Below, in pieces: positions 36,477 through 48,279 of a DNA stretch of 64,000 bases (position 1 is the first letter of the stretch; every line of letters begins with the position of its first letter). A program made the translations under genes and the position numbers. The stretch covers positions 32,407-96,406 of the forward strand of contig NW_015162547.1 of assembly GCF_001447785.1 (NCBI RefSeq), read 5' to 3'. The DNA is from Gekko japonicus (Eukaryota). Below the pieces are notes generated by a model that did no database searches, was not told the DNA's origin, and worked only from the letters and a program-made list of their open reading frames with translations.

Positions 36477-39400
36477 TAGGGATGTGCATTTCGGGACCCC
36501 GAGCCGAAAAAAAAGCCGAAAATAACGATTTTCGGCTTTTTTCGGCTTTTGGGATCCCGAATTAGCCATTTATGAGCTTGTCCGAATCCCGAAAAAAAAT
36601 CCCGAAAAATTCGGGTCCATTATAACCAATGGGGCCATTGAAGTCAATGGCAAAAATCCTCTTGAAACTTTGTGGGGGGCTGGGGGGGAGGGGGTTTGGG
36701 GTAGAGGCTCCAAACTTGGAGCGTGCTTACTGGAACCTCTCCCCAACATACCCACCAAGTTTCAAGACGATTGGACCAGGGGGTACAATTTTATGGGCCC
36801 CCAAACAGGTTGCCCCCAGATCAGCTTGCTGCAGTTTATTCGCGGTTTGCCGCCGAAATTCGGCGGCAATTCGGCAACATTGTATCCTATGGACCTTGGA
36901 GTGGGTAAGCTCCAAACTTGGAGGGTGGTTACTAGAACCTCTCCCCTACATACCCACCAAGTTTCATGAAGATTGGACCAGGGGGTCCAATTCTATGGGC
37001 CCCCAAACAGGTTGCCCCCATCCCATTGTTCTCTATGGTGGGAAAAAAATTACTTTTTTTCCCACCATAGAGAACAATGGAGGGATGGGGGCAAACTGTT
37101 TGGGGGAGTGTGCTGCGTGTTGCAATTTCAAACTGTACATTGCCAGACCAGCCAGCCACACTGCAGCAGAACCATACAAGTGCCCCCCCACCTGCGCTAC
37201 CAAACTGGGTGCCCAAAACCCCAAAACTACAACTTAGCTCAAACCAAAGAATCTCTCTACAGTAGCAGCAGCACTAGCATGTGCATTGTGCCAGACAGGC
37301 CCAGCAGAAGAAACAACCAGAGCAATCTGCCACCTGTGCCAGGCCAGCCAGGTTGCCAATTGCCAGTCAGTGCCCCAAAACCAGAACTAGGTCAAACCAG
37401 AGAATCTTTCAAGACAGCAGCAGCAGCCACTAGCCCACTACAGGGAGCAAGTGCATGCCAGCCAGGCCCCAGCAGCAGAAGAACCAGAGCAATCTGCCAC
37501 CTGTGCCAGGCCAGCCAGGTTGCCAATTGCCAGTCAGTGCCCCAAAACCAGAACTAGGTCAAACCAGAGAATCTCTCCAGACAGCAGCAGCAGCCACTAC
37601 AGACTGAGGGAGCAAGTGCATGCCAGCCAGCCAGGCCCAGCAGCAGAAGAACCAGAGCAATCTGCCACCTGTGCCAGGCCAGCCAGGTTGCCATGCCAGT
37701 CAGTGCCCCAAAACCAGAACTAGGTCAAACCAGAGAATCTCTCCAGACTGCACTGGAGCGGCAGCACACAGGCTGAGGGAGCATGTATGTGCATCGCCAA
37801 TGCCAATGCCAGCCAGCCAGGCCCAGCAGCAGAACCAGTCCACCACAAGTGTGCCAATGTGCCAGTGCCCAAAAAACCCCAAAAGCAAAACAATCTCTCC
37901 CCTCTGCAGTGGCAGCGGCCTACATAGGGGAGCATGTTTGCTAATCGCAGCCATGCCCAGCTGCAGAACCAGAGCAATCTCAACTTCCCCCCATCAACCT
38001 CTGTGCCCAGCAATGCAGGAGATTCACACAGAGACGTCTCCCTTACAACCCCAGAGGCCCAGAGGCCCCTCCTCCATGACCAGAAGCGCTATTTGCCTAG
38101 CCTGCTTTGGAAATCCAAAGGTGGGCTGCCGAGAGGCTGAAAAGGAGTTGGGAACTTGGGAGTCGGGCTTGGTCCCCTGTTCAGGGCAGGGGACAGCAGC
38201 AGAACCTGTGCACTGCACGCCCCTCCCCCAACCACACCCAGCCCGCCTGCTCCATGGCCAGGAGAGACTGTAAGGAGAGATGACTACTAGTCCGCTCCGC
38301 TTTGGAAATCCAAAGGTGGCCACTGGCCACAGGCTAAAAAAGGATTGTTACCATTGACCAACCCCCCACTCTCAACAATTTGCCCAAAACCTCCTGCATT
38401 GCTGGGAACGGGGCGGGGAGACCCACAAGCCAGCCGCTGTGTGGCTCGGGATGTTTTTGCCTGCCTGCCCCTGCCCGGTGGGGGTGGAGCTATCTTACTT
38501 CCTTGCTGCCACCTTCCTAGAGGTAGCATACGTGGGACCCCTCTGGATGATTCCCCAACCTGGGAATCATCCTATCTCAATCTTTGGGCACCACCTGGAG
38601 AGTTGGCAGCCACTCTAATTTGGGGGCATCTGGGTTCCTCTGGCCTCCCTTTGCCTCTCTTCAGGTGCGCTGAGTGGGGATTCGCACGCACACCCCTAGT
38701 GATTGCTCACGTCACTTGCACAGGCCCTGCCTGCCCCCCCCTTCATTTATACTGCAGAAATCCTCAGGTTTGGACTGAGTCCAGTAAGTTGGGTGACTGG
38801 CACAGAGGTTGTTGGGGGGAAGTTGAGATTGCTCTGGTTCTGCAGCTGGGCATGGCTGCCATTAGCAAACATGCTCCCCTATGTAGGCCGCTGCCACTGC
38901 AGAGGGGAGAGATTGTTTTGCTTTTGGGGTTTTTTGGGCACTGGCACATTGGCACACTTGTGGTGGACTGGTTCTGCTGCTGGGCCTGGCTGGCTGGCAT
39001 TGGCATTGGCGATGCACATACATGCTCCCTCAGCCTGTGTGCTGCCGCTCCAGTGCAGTCTGGAGAGATTCTCTGGTTTGACCTAGTTCTGGTTTTGGGG
39101 CACTGACTGGCATGGCAACCTGGCTGGCCTGGCACAGGTGGCAGATTGCTCTTGTTCTTCTGTTGCAATGCTGGGGCCTGGCTGGCATGCACTTGCTTGC
39201 TCCCTCAGTCTGTGGGCTGCTGCTGCTGTCTGCAGAAATTCTCTGGTTTGCACCAAGTTGGTCTGGGCACTGATTGGTTGCACCTTGGCACAGGTTGTGG
39301 GGGGGGCAGATTGCTCTGGTCCTGCTGCTGGGCCTGTCTGTCTGGCATTGGTAATGCACAGACATGCTACCTCAGTGCTGCTGCTGTAGAGAGATTGTGG

Positions 39401-39978
39401 GGAAAAAAGTAATTTTTTTCCCACCATAGAGAACAATGGGATGGGGGCAACCTGTTTGGGGGCCCATATAATTGGACCCCCTGGTCCAATCTTCATGAAT
39501 CTTGGAGGGTGTGTTGGGGAGAGGTTCTAGTAACCACCCTCCAAGTTTGGAGCCTCCAACTCCAAGGGCCATATGATACAATGTTGCCGAATTGCCGCCG
39601 AATTTCGGCGGCAAACCGGGAATAAACTGCAGAAGGCAGATCTGGGGGCAACCTGTTTGGGGGCCCATAAAGNNNNNNNNNNNNNNNNNNNNNNNNNNNN
39701 NNNNNNNNNNNNNNNNNNNNNNNNNNNNNNNNNNNNNNNNNNNNNCCCAAACCCCCTCCCCCCCAGCCCCCCGCAAAGTTTCAAGAGGATTTTTGCCATT
39801 GACTTCAATGGCCCCATTGGTTACAATGGACCCGAATTTTTCGGGATTCCCGAAAATTTTCAGATATCTATGCTTTACCGGTATAGATATTCGGGTTTTT
39901 TCGGGTTTCCCGAAAAAATTCGGGTCCAATAAACCCGAATCCGAATTTTACCGAATTTTTTTTTTTTGCACATCCCTA
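36477..39978. mobile_element. Non-autonomous foldback hAT DNA transposon (3.5 kb)
   Basis: TIR TAGGGATGTGCA...TGCACATCCCTA, perfect 8-bp TSD TTCAGGAG (36469-36476, 39979-39986), subterminal CCGAA/TTCGG arrays, >1-kb internal inverted arms, no transposase ORF. Confidence 0.9.
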
Positions 39979-41049
39979 TTCAGGAGTGGTTGCTGGAAGC
40001 ATGCATGTATATGCAGACAGATGTCAAGGGGCCTCTATGTCTACCCTGCAGTTGTACAGTGGCCCTCTGTATAGACTAGATAGTGCAGGCATAAGGTTAG
40101 GATGAGGCTGGTGGTAGGGTGGGAACTGTTGACATTCTGGTAGAAGCTCTCAAGGGCTTTCTTCCCATGGGACCAGGTGATACAGATGTCCTTGACAGTG
40201 GAAGACAGACATTTGGGAACAGGAGTTGAGTTATGTGTCAGCCATAACTATGTTGGCATATTTTGGAACCATGCAGCATGCATGGAATCATGGCACAGAA
40301 AAACCCTACCGCGACAGCGTTGATGCCAAAAACTGCCAGGCATCAAGGGTTGCTGCTACTTTCTGCACTTTGGGTAATAGGCAGAAAGGTTCTTGGGTCA
40401 TGTCCATGCAGATTCCTTCACCGGTTACTGTAAAATGTGGTCGTGGTGAAGAGTGGCTACAGCCTCCTGCATGAAATCCGACTAGTTCCTGGCCATAGTC
40501 CCTGAGCTTTCATCTTCCTTAAGAATGAGATTGTTAGAATGGCTCTAGAGGCTGTGTCTAGGCAGGGCATCTTTCTCTGCTTGCAATCTGGCTGGGGACT
40601 ATTAGCCCGGGCCTGTATAAAGAATCCCGTACAGTACAATGACCATCCAGGAGTCCGCAAACAACTCAGAAGACGGTGGCTGCACTCTGTTGGTGCACTC
40701 TTCAGTGGCAGGCCAACTGCACTGGCCAGTGGGATGATGAAAGGATTCCTGGAACCAGAGATGTCTGAAATAAGCAGCCTGGTCCCTGCAGAACTGTACC
40801 ATCTGCATGGATTTGGTGAGACAGTCTCTCCCACGAAGCCACTGAGCTTCAGACTTTCTCTTGCATTTCATTGCACTTACTGATCCCGCCCACCCCCAAC
40901 TGCCTTTGCCGGAACCGAAGGCAGATACCAGGAATCCATGAAAGCAGCCACTCTATGAATGAAAAGGGATACAGTGGCTGGTGACAGAAGGAGCAGGTCT
41001 TTTTGGAAGAAGTAGTTTAAGAGAAAGTCAGTGCAAGTGAACCCTTCAA

Positions 41050-41215
41050 ACAACAGATTCGGGTGGGGGCATCCATCTTGGTCTGAAGCAACAGTGGGGC
41101 ACCTCTAAGACCCACAGAGTTTAATTCCGGGTATAAGCTAAGCGTTCATGCTTGTACCCAGAATTAAACTTTGTTGGTCTTAAAGATGCCACTGGACTTA
41201 AATTGTGTTCCTTCA
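41050..41215. repeat. Palindromic Penelope-associated repeat fragment
   Basis: ggcacctctaagacc..agagtttaattc.gggtataagc / gcttgtaccc.gaattaaactttgttggtcttaaagatgcc; same motif restarts at 42936 before the gap. Confidence 0.55.
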
Positions 41216-43896
41216 AACAACAGTAAGAGGAGAAATCTCACAGAGCTATTTTGTGTCCAGACGGCATTACTGGGGAAGTCCAAACAAGAAACGAGGTGCT
41301 GGATTTCATACAGCGTGGGCCCCCCCTGCAGAATGTGGATTTTCACCGCCTACCTACCTCCCCCCAAGAACTGAAGAAATCATATCTTTACCCCCTCACC
41401 TGTTACCAGTACACAACGGCAATGTGTCACACAAAACTGCAGCAAAACCTGGATTCAGAGGTTTCCACTCTGCCACGAAACAGTGAGATCATAAACCAGC
41501 CACGCTCTCAGTTTAACCTGCCTCATAGGATTGTTGTGAGGATACAGTGCAGAAGAGGAGAACTATGCCCTGAGCTCCCTGAAGGAAGTCTGGGAGATAA
41601 CGTGACAGATTCCCCCAGGGAGTACCTAAAAGGACCACTGTGCATGTTCTCCGGAACAGCAGCAGCCCCCAAAGGACGAGTCCTGAACAGAAATCAGACT
41701 GCAATCTGCTCGTGGCTCCTCCTTGCATCTCATTTCAGTTAACCGCAACCTGAAATCCTGCATCACGCTTATGTCTGATCTGAGATCACCCCCCCCCCCG
41801 CCACCTTATCTCCATCAAGCACTTTTGAAAAGCCACCAGGGCCCAGTATGACAATAGAGTGAACTTGGGCGGAAGCGGAAGGCACAACTGAGTGGGTCAA
41901 GCTCAGGGCTGCAAAGCTTGTGAGAAGGCGCGGGAAGCTCAGCACCGCATACGCACAACCCTTCACGGCCCGGTGGAAAGTCTCAGGCAGCCCCTCCAAA
42001 AACAAACAAGAAGGAAACCCGTGACTCCTTCCACAGCGCCATCCCTTGAAAGCCTTTGTGAAATCAAATAATACATGCAAAAGGGCAGCCCGGCCAAACT
42101 GTGGAAAAGGTCTGTGCCGTTTCCTGCTCAGAGGCAACCCAGAGGGCCATTGTCGGAGGGGGGAGGCATCCTTCTTCTCTGAGAGTCGTCAAAGGAGGAG
42201 GAGCGTCGCAGGCAAACTGTGGGGTGCTCCTCCAACAGGAGGGGTTCTCACAGACGCATCAGCCCCAGGGACAGGACCACCTCCTCCTCCTCCTCCTCGG
42301 GCACCTACGGCTCCTGACAACGTGGCACCGTGGGGCTCTGGCTGGGCCTCCGCCCGCCCAGCCCACCTACCGGCTTACTGGTGGTGGTGGGGCCCAATAA
42401 GTCTCCAGCGGGGCTCGCCCCTCCCCCCCGCTGGCAGCACCGGGGTGGGGTGGGTGGGGTGGGAAAGGTCCCGCCCTCCCCTTGCAGCACCCATGCCTTA
42501 GCCTGTGTGGCTGACTGTAGGAAAGAGTAAAGACTCCTGTTAATCTTGGAACTTAAAGTCAAAACAAACAAAAAGTAAAGGGAAAAAAAGACAGTTGGGT
42601 GTGTGATACATTTGACAGACATATTTTCAAGTCCCTTTATCCAAGATAGTTACAGAGTAACCGACCTCATGTTTTGTTCTTACTTCAGTAAATCATGGCT
42701 TGTTCAAGTTTATCCCCGAATTTAGTCCTACCTTTCCTCAGGACCACATAGATCCCTGGAAAAGCCACGACTCTGGGTCACCTTCCCAGCCAAAGGAACA
42801 GAGAGGAGGTCTGGGAATCCTTAAAGGCCTGGTGGTGGCGGCAGCAGAGACCCGCCCCCCCCCCCCCCCCCACACAAAAAAAAAAGCACCCAGGTAAGCT
42901 GCAGAGCCCCCCCCCCCGGCCCCTGGTCCAAAACAGTCCAGTGACACCTTTAAGACCANNNNNNNNNNNNNNNNNNNNNNNNNNNNNNNNNNNNNNNNNN
43001 NNNNNNNNNNNNNNNNNNNNNNNNNNNNNNNNNNNNNNNNNNNNNNNNNNNNNNNNNNNNNNNNNNNNNNNNNNNNNNNNNNNNNNNNNNNNNNNNNNNN
43101 NNNNNNNNNNNNNNNNNNNNNNNNNNNNNNNNNNNNNNNNNNNNNNNNNNNNNNNNNNNNNNNNNNNNNNNNNNNNNNNNNNNNNNNNNNNNNNNNNNNN
43201 NNNNNNNNNNNNNNNNNNNNNNNNNNNNNNNNNNNNNNNNNNNNNNNNNNNNNNNNNNNNNNNNNNNNNNNNNNNNNNNNNNNNNNNNNNNNNNNNNNNN
43301 NNNNNNNNNNNNNNNNNNNNNNNNNNNNNNNNNNNNNNNNNNNNNNNNNNNNNNNNNNNNNNNNNNNNNNNNNNNNNNNNNNNNNNNNNNNNNNNNNNNN
43401 NNNNNNNNNNNNNNNNNNNNNNNNNNNNNNNNNNNNNNNNNNNNNNNNNNNNNNNNNNNNNNNNNNNNNNNNNNNNNNNNNNNNNNNNNNNNNNNNNNNN
43501 NNNNNNNNNNNNNNNNNNNNNNNNNNNNNNNNNNNNNNNNNNNNNNNNNNNNNNNNNNNNNNNNNNNNNNNNNNNNNNNNNNNNNNNNNNNNNNNNNNNN
43601 NNNNNNNNNNNNNNNNNNNNNNNNNNNNNNNNNNNNNNNNNNNNNNNNNNNNNNNNNNNNNNNNNNNNNNNNNNNNNNNNNNNNNNNNNNNNNNNNNNNN
43701 NNNNNNNNNNNNNNNNNNNNNNNNNNNNNNNNNNNNNNNNNNNNNNNNNNNNNNNNNNNNNNNNNNNNNNNNNNNNNNNNNNNNNNNNNNNNNNNNNNNN
43801 NNNNNNNNNNNCGCCAAACTCACCGGGAAGGGGAGAGTGTCCATCTAGACGGGGGAAGGTAGAGACTCTTCCCTCCCCCGCCAATTTTTTTTAAGG

Positions 43897-44093
43897 ACAG
43901 GTAGTCATAGGTTACCGCTTCGGTGGGAAGTTAAACAGCGTTCCGCGCGCCTCGGCGTCTAGCCACGCCGGCCGCGTGACCACGGAAAACGTCTTCGGAC
44001 AGCGCTGGCTCTTCGGCTTGGAAACGGAGATGAGCAGAGCACCGCTACCCCCTCGAGTCGGACTGGCTTTCGAGCGAGGGGAACCCTTTACCT
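43897..44093 (+). mobile_element. Sauria SINE 3' half, CpG-enriched
   Basis: Aligns to the reverse complement of 18981-19170; ends ggggaacctttacct. Confidence 0.8.
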
Positions 44094-44129
44094 GATTCTC
44101 ATAGGCATATATTGAATATGTAAACACCG

Positions 44130-44613
44130 CATTTCAAAAGAATGTCATGCAGGCATCATGCAGTCACACAAACCACGGACTGGTGATACTTAAAAGTGGC
44201 ACAATCCCAACACAGTCCACAAGCACAGTCCCTCCCAGGGGCGATAACAGCCCCTAGAGGAAACACGGTCCATGCAACTCAGTGCCTCCTGGACTTGGAA
44301 GGGTTGAGTTGTGAATCTGCTAAGAGGCCTCAGACTCCACTTAATAGGAGATACCATTTTGACGTGTGCAGGGTCATAGCACCGACTAGACCCTTAGATG
44401 AAGGATTGTCTTCGAAACGGTCTTAAGAAACCGTGCGCTACTATCGGGGTATATACGGGATGGTATTTTCTCTAGGGACTGTTATCGCCCCTGGGAGGGA
44501 CTGTGCTTGTGGGCTATTTTGGGACTGTACCACTTTTAAGTATCATCAGTCTGTGGTTTGTGTGACTTTACAATGGGTGCACGACATTCTTTTGAACATT
44601 CTTTTGAAATGTT
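44130..44613. repeat. Inverted repeat (~135-bp arms) around a hammerhead-like core; Penelope-like pLTR remnant
   Basis: 44130-44266 is an imperfect reverse complement of 44463-44613. Confidence 0.6.
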
Positions 44614-47600
44614 TTCCCTTTTCCGGCACAGCATCCCTCCTAGGCTGGCACGGCAGCTCCTCCACCAGAGCCCCGACAAGCCTCGTCTCCTCAGGTGGGA
44701 GCCACAGAAGGTGCATGCACCTCCCCATCACAGGCCTGCTGTGAGACACCCCAAATGCGCTGGGATTCAGGGGGCGGGGTGTGTGGGGGGGGGCTGGCTC
44801 TTCCCCTCCCCACCACCTGCTCAGAGGGACTCGCTGCCGCTCGGTGTGGGAAAGAACCAGGGTCCCGGAGCCCCTTCAAGACCAGCAAGATACGGGGCAG
44901 GGGAGGCACCACAGTCACCCCCCGTCAGACCTTGACCTCTCTCTCAGCTCAGGGGGCAGCAGATCGCTGGCATCCCAAAGCTGCGGAAGGCTGAGGGCCA
45001 CGCAGCCCAGAGGAAGAGGCTCCTCTGCCCTTGGGAGGGGTTTTTTGGGTGTGTGTGTGTGTATGTGGGGGGGTATTTCTAGTGTCCGCAGTTGCTGCTG
45101 CTGCTGTGCCCCTGGCAGCAGAGCTTCTGTGCGCCCATCAGATAGCCTGGGCTGTACTTTCCACAGAGATACTCGGCTTAGATCTGGCTCGCGATGGGGG
45201 CATATCTGTTGGAAACACTGAGCAGGACAGATATGAGCTTCAGATCAGAGGAGCAGAGATAACGCTGGAAATGATTCACCCCGGCGGCCTCTCAGGGGAA
45301 GAAGCGATATAGGCCCCGGAAGAAACACGGGCTGGCAGAGAGCTAGGCAGAGCCGACCCAGGCGACCACCAAGATAGCCCCCTGGCTCCTCCTCCGGGGC
45401 TTCCCCCTCTCCCCAGCTCCAGGGACTTCCAGGAGGGAGGGAGGGAGGGAGGGAGGGAGTGCCTCAGAAGCCGCGGCCCCAGAGGGAGGAGGCAGAACGA
45501 CCCTGCGCTTCCTCCGCAGACGCTGCCGTACAGCCGGCTCTCCTCACCCCACCTGGGGCACCTGGAGCCTCTCACCTGAGCTCCTAAGGAGAAAGGCTGA
45601 GAGAGAGACGCTTCCTTCGCCTCAAGGGCTGGCTAAGGATCAGCGGCTGTGGGGAGAGGCAGCGCGGCGTGCTCAGAAGCGTTGCAATAATTCAACGGTT
45701 TATCATTCTAGATTTGCCATTAATAGTTCTGTCTCATATTATTGGTCGGTGTGTTTGGTAGGGGTGATGCCCGGGGGGCATGCAGTGTTCACATGGCTCT
45801 TTGAATGGATGGTGAATGTGGACCTGGCCGCCTGCGGGGGGGAGGGAGCACATGTGCCACTGCGGGAGAGAGGGCGTGGCTCCAGGCAACCCCCCTGCAG
45901 GACGGGTGGGGGGTGGAATCCAGCACCCAAGGAAGGCTCATGGCAATCTCTCAGGGACAATCTCTCTCGGCCACTGTTTGGCTCTCTCCAAATTCAAACC
46001 GCAACATGACGGGGGGTTCTGGGAGTTGTCCCTCCATACAAGAAGCATTCATGTTCCCCACAACAGTGAGTTCGTCTTGGGCAAATCTGATGGATGTCAC
46101 CGGGTGTGTTGCAATGTGGGGGATGCTGTGGCCCCTGCCACAGGGANNNNNNNNNNNNNNNNNNNNNNNNNNNNNNNNNNNNNNNNNNNNNNNNNNNNNN
46201 NNNNNNNNNNNNNNNNNNNNNNNNNNNNNNNNNNNNNNNNNNNNNNNNNNNNNNNNNNNNNNNNNNNNNNNNNNNNNNNNNNNNNNNNNNNNNNGACTTT
46301 TGGACCCCGGCGGGAGGGGCCGGGGGGGGGGGGACACCAGCTCTTGCTCCCCCGGCTTATCCTCATGACCGACAGCCTCTTTGCAGTGCTCCCGGCACGG
46401 CCCCGGCACGGTGCCTCCACGCAGACAACGGCTGCTCCTCTGCAGTTTGCACCCCACCCCCATGAAGCCCGGCTGGGTTTGGCGATCTCCTGGGGTGGGG
46501 GGGTGCTCACAACAACTGGGGCACCATTTGGGGCCTGAGACTTCCCTGCAAGCTGTTCCCAGGGTCTGGGGGGCAGCTGTGGGGACAGCTACACGAGGCC
46601 CCGTGGTGAAGGAGATGGTGCCGTTGCAGCGCTGGAGTGATGAGAGGTCAGCTAAAGTAGGGCAGGGTGTGGGCGCGGGAGCTGAAAGGAGGCTGGTTTC
46701 CAAGTGTAAGAGATCTGGCCCCGTTTAGTGCAGCATCCGGTTCCTCTCCACTGCTTTAGTAGCAGAATTAATTTTTCTTTTCAGAAAAGAAGTGGGCCAG
46801 AATTTATTGCGTGCCAGCAGGGCACAGCTCCTTTGCTGGCAGAGACCCAGGGCAACTTGGAAAGGGCCTGGCCACAGGACAGCTGCCGCAGTCCGGTTCT
46901 CACCTGGACGGGAGGTCTCCCGAGAGATGCACGTGCGCCGCACAGTGCTTAGAGTTCCATGGCGGAAGATGGGTGAGATGTTGGAGTAATTAACAGCCTC
47001 CTCCAAGGAAGGCCTGAGTATTGCCTTGATGCCTGTGTCACCTACCAGCAGTGGCCAAACCGCCAAACGTGGATGAAGCCCAGGCACAAGGACCCGGACC
47101 GCATCAAAGCATTCGCTCTCCGTCATTCGTCCCCAGGAAGTGGGACCTTAGAGGAAGGAGTTCCCCCCTTGTCTCTGCTGTCCCTCCTCCCTGAGAAAAC
47201 ATCCCTTGTGGGGCAGTAAGCAAGAGTGCCTGTCATGCCTTCCACTGTTTCTCAAGCAGTGAGAGGTCGAAGGGCAACGCTTTGGACGAGAGAGCACGAG
47301 AGACTCCACTGTGCCCTGGTCATGCCTGCTTTATTGCAAATGTGCCTGCAGCTCACACAGGAAGCAAGCAAGCAAGCGGGCGTCTCTGAGAAAGCAGCAC
47401 AGCCACTGTTCCTGCCTCTGGCCTGCAGCCGCCGCCGCCGCCAGAGGTGCTCCCCCCCCCCCCCCCGGGGGTCCCCCCCCCCCCCCCGTCGCGTCACCGC
47501 TGGCTGTCTTCTCACAGGGCGAATGGGCTCAGGTTTGCTTCTTTGCCCCTAAGCTCCCAGGATTCTGCAGCCACCCAGGATGGCTTGCTAACCTTTTTCA

Positions 47601-47826
47601 GTCCCAGGTACCAGCCAGCCTGCTTTGGGTATCAGCAAGCGGCCAGCATTCCGAAATGCTCGTCTCTTCAGTGACTGGTCGCGAGAGAGAGGCCATTATT
47701 CTCAGGAGTCAGCCTGGCTGTGCAAAAGGGCGTGGGGTGGAAAGCCAGAGCCTGCTTGCAGAGAGCCGCGCCAGCCGTTATAAGCCTCTCTCCCTCCGCC
47801 CTGCTCGGCCTCTCCTCTCGGATCCA

Positions 47827-48279
47827 CTACACGGGCGCCACAGGGCAGGTGCTGCTGGTGCCCCACGAGGCAGAGGCTTTGCTGCAGGGGGAGAGGATCT
47901 CCGTCTCCTGCGGCTCCCGCTCCACAAACAGGGAGTTCTTGTACGGCAGGTAAGGAAAGCCCTCACCTGTGGCCTCCAGGCCTTCAGGGAGGAGAGGGGC
48001 TCTTCCGGGCGGGATCGGGGCCTGTCCTTCCCCTTGCATGACAGCGGGGTTGCTGGCTTGGGCCTGCTGCTCTGGAGCACCGAGCAAGGGGCGGTGGGCT
48101 CTCTCCTCCTCCGACGGCAGCTCCGCTTCTGAGAGGCGCTTGAAGGAGGAGAGCCGGGAGATGGCCTCCAGGGGCCTGGGGGTCACCAGGCTAGGCCCAG
48201 CGCCCTTGCCAGGATCAGTGCTGCTGCCGCCGCCGCCGCCTCTCAGCCAGACGTCCTGCTCTCTGAGGCCGATCCAAGC
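47827..48279 (-). CDS. IL9R: IL9R last exon (cytoplasmic tail)
   Basis: cag|AWIGL...LEAISRLS...GFPYLPYKNSLF...APV*; AATAAA at 47335-47330. Confidence 0.8.
   Translation of the reverse strand, partial: AWIGLREQDVWLRGGGGGSSTDPGKGAGPSLVTPRPLEAISRLSSFKRLSEAELPSEEERAHRPLLGAPEQQAQASNPAVMQGEGQAPIPPGRAPLLPEGLEATGEGFPYLPYKNSLFVEREPQETEILSPCSKASASWGTSSTCPVAPV

Noticed and set aside
37300-37760. Regularly spaced repeats as a CRISPR-like array
   Set aside because: Eukaryotic context and whole ~168-bp units are duplicated, with no unique spacers.
36629-39932. ORFs in the foldback element as a transposase or cargo gene
   Set aside because: No DDE, BED or dimerisation motifs; the same peptides recur on both strands because of the inverted and tandem repeats.
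39987-41040. Lower-GC flank of the hAT element as a Harbinger remnant or hidden gene; donor-like site near 40880
   Set aside because: No recognisable protein motif or terminal structure in any frame.
42738-43894. 300+ aa ORFs spanning the large gap
   Set aside because: Composed of Ns. PDPK1 exon 1 probably lies here but cannot be seen.
45576-45583. 8-nt microexon-like pattern (ttag|GAGCTCAG|gtgag) between IL9R and PDPK1
   Set aside because: No flanking exons to assign it to; such patterns arise by chance.
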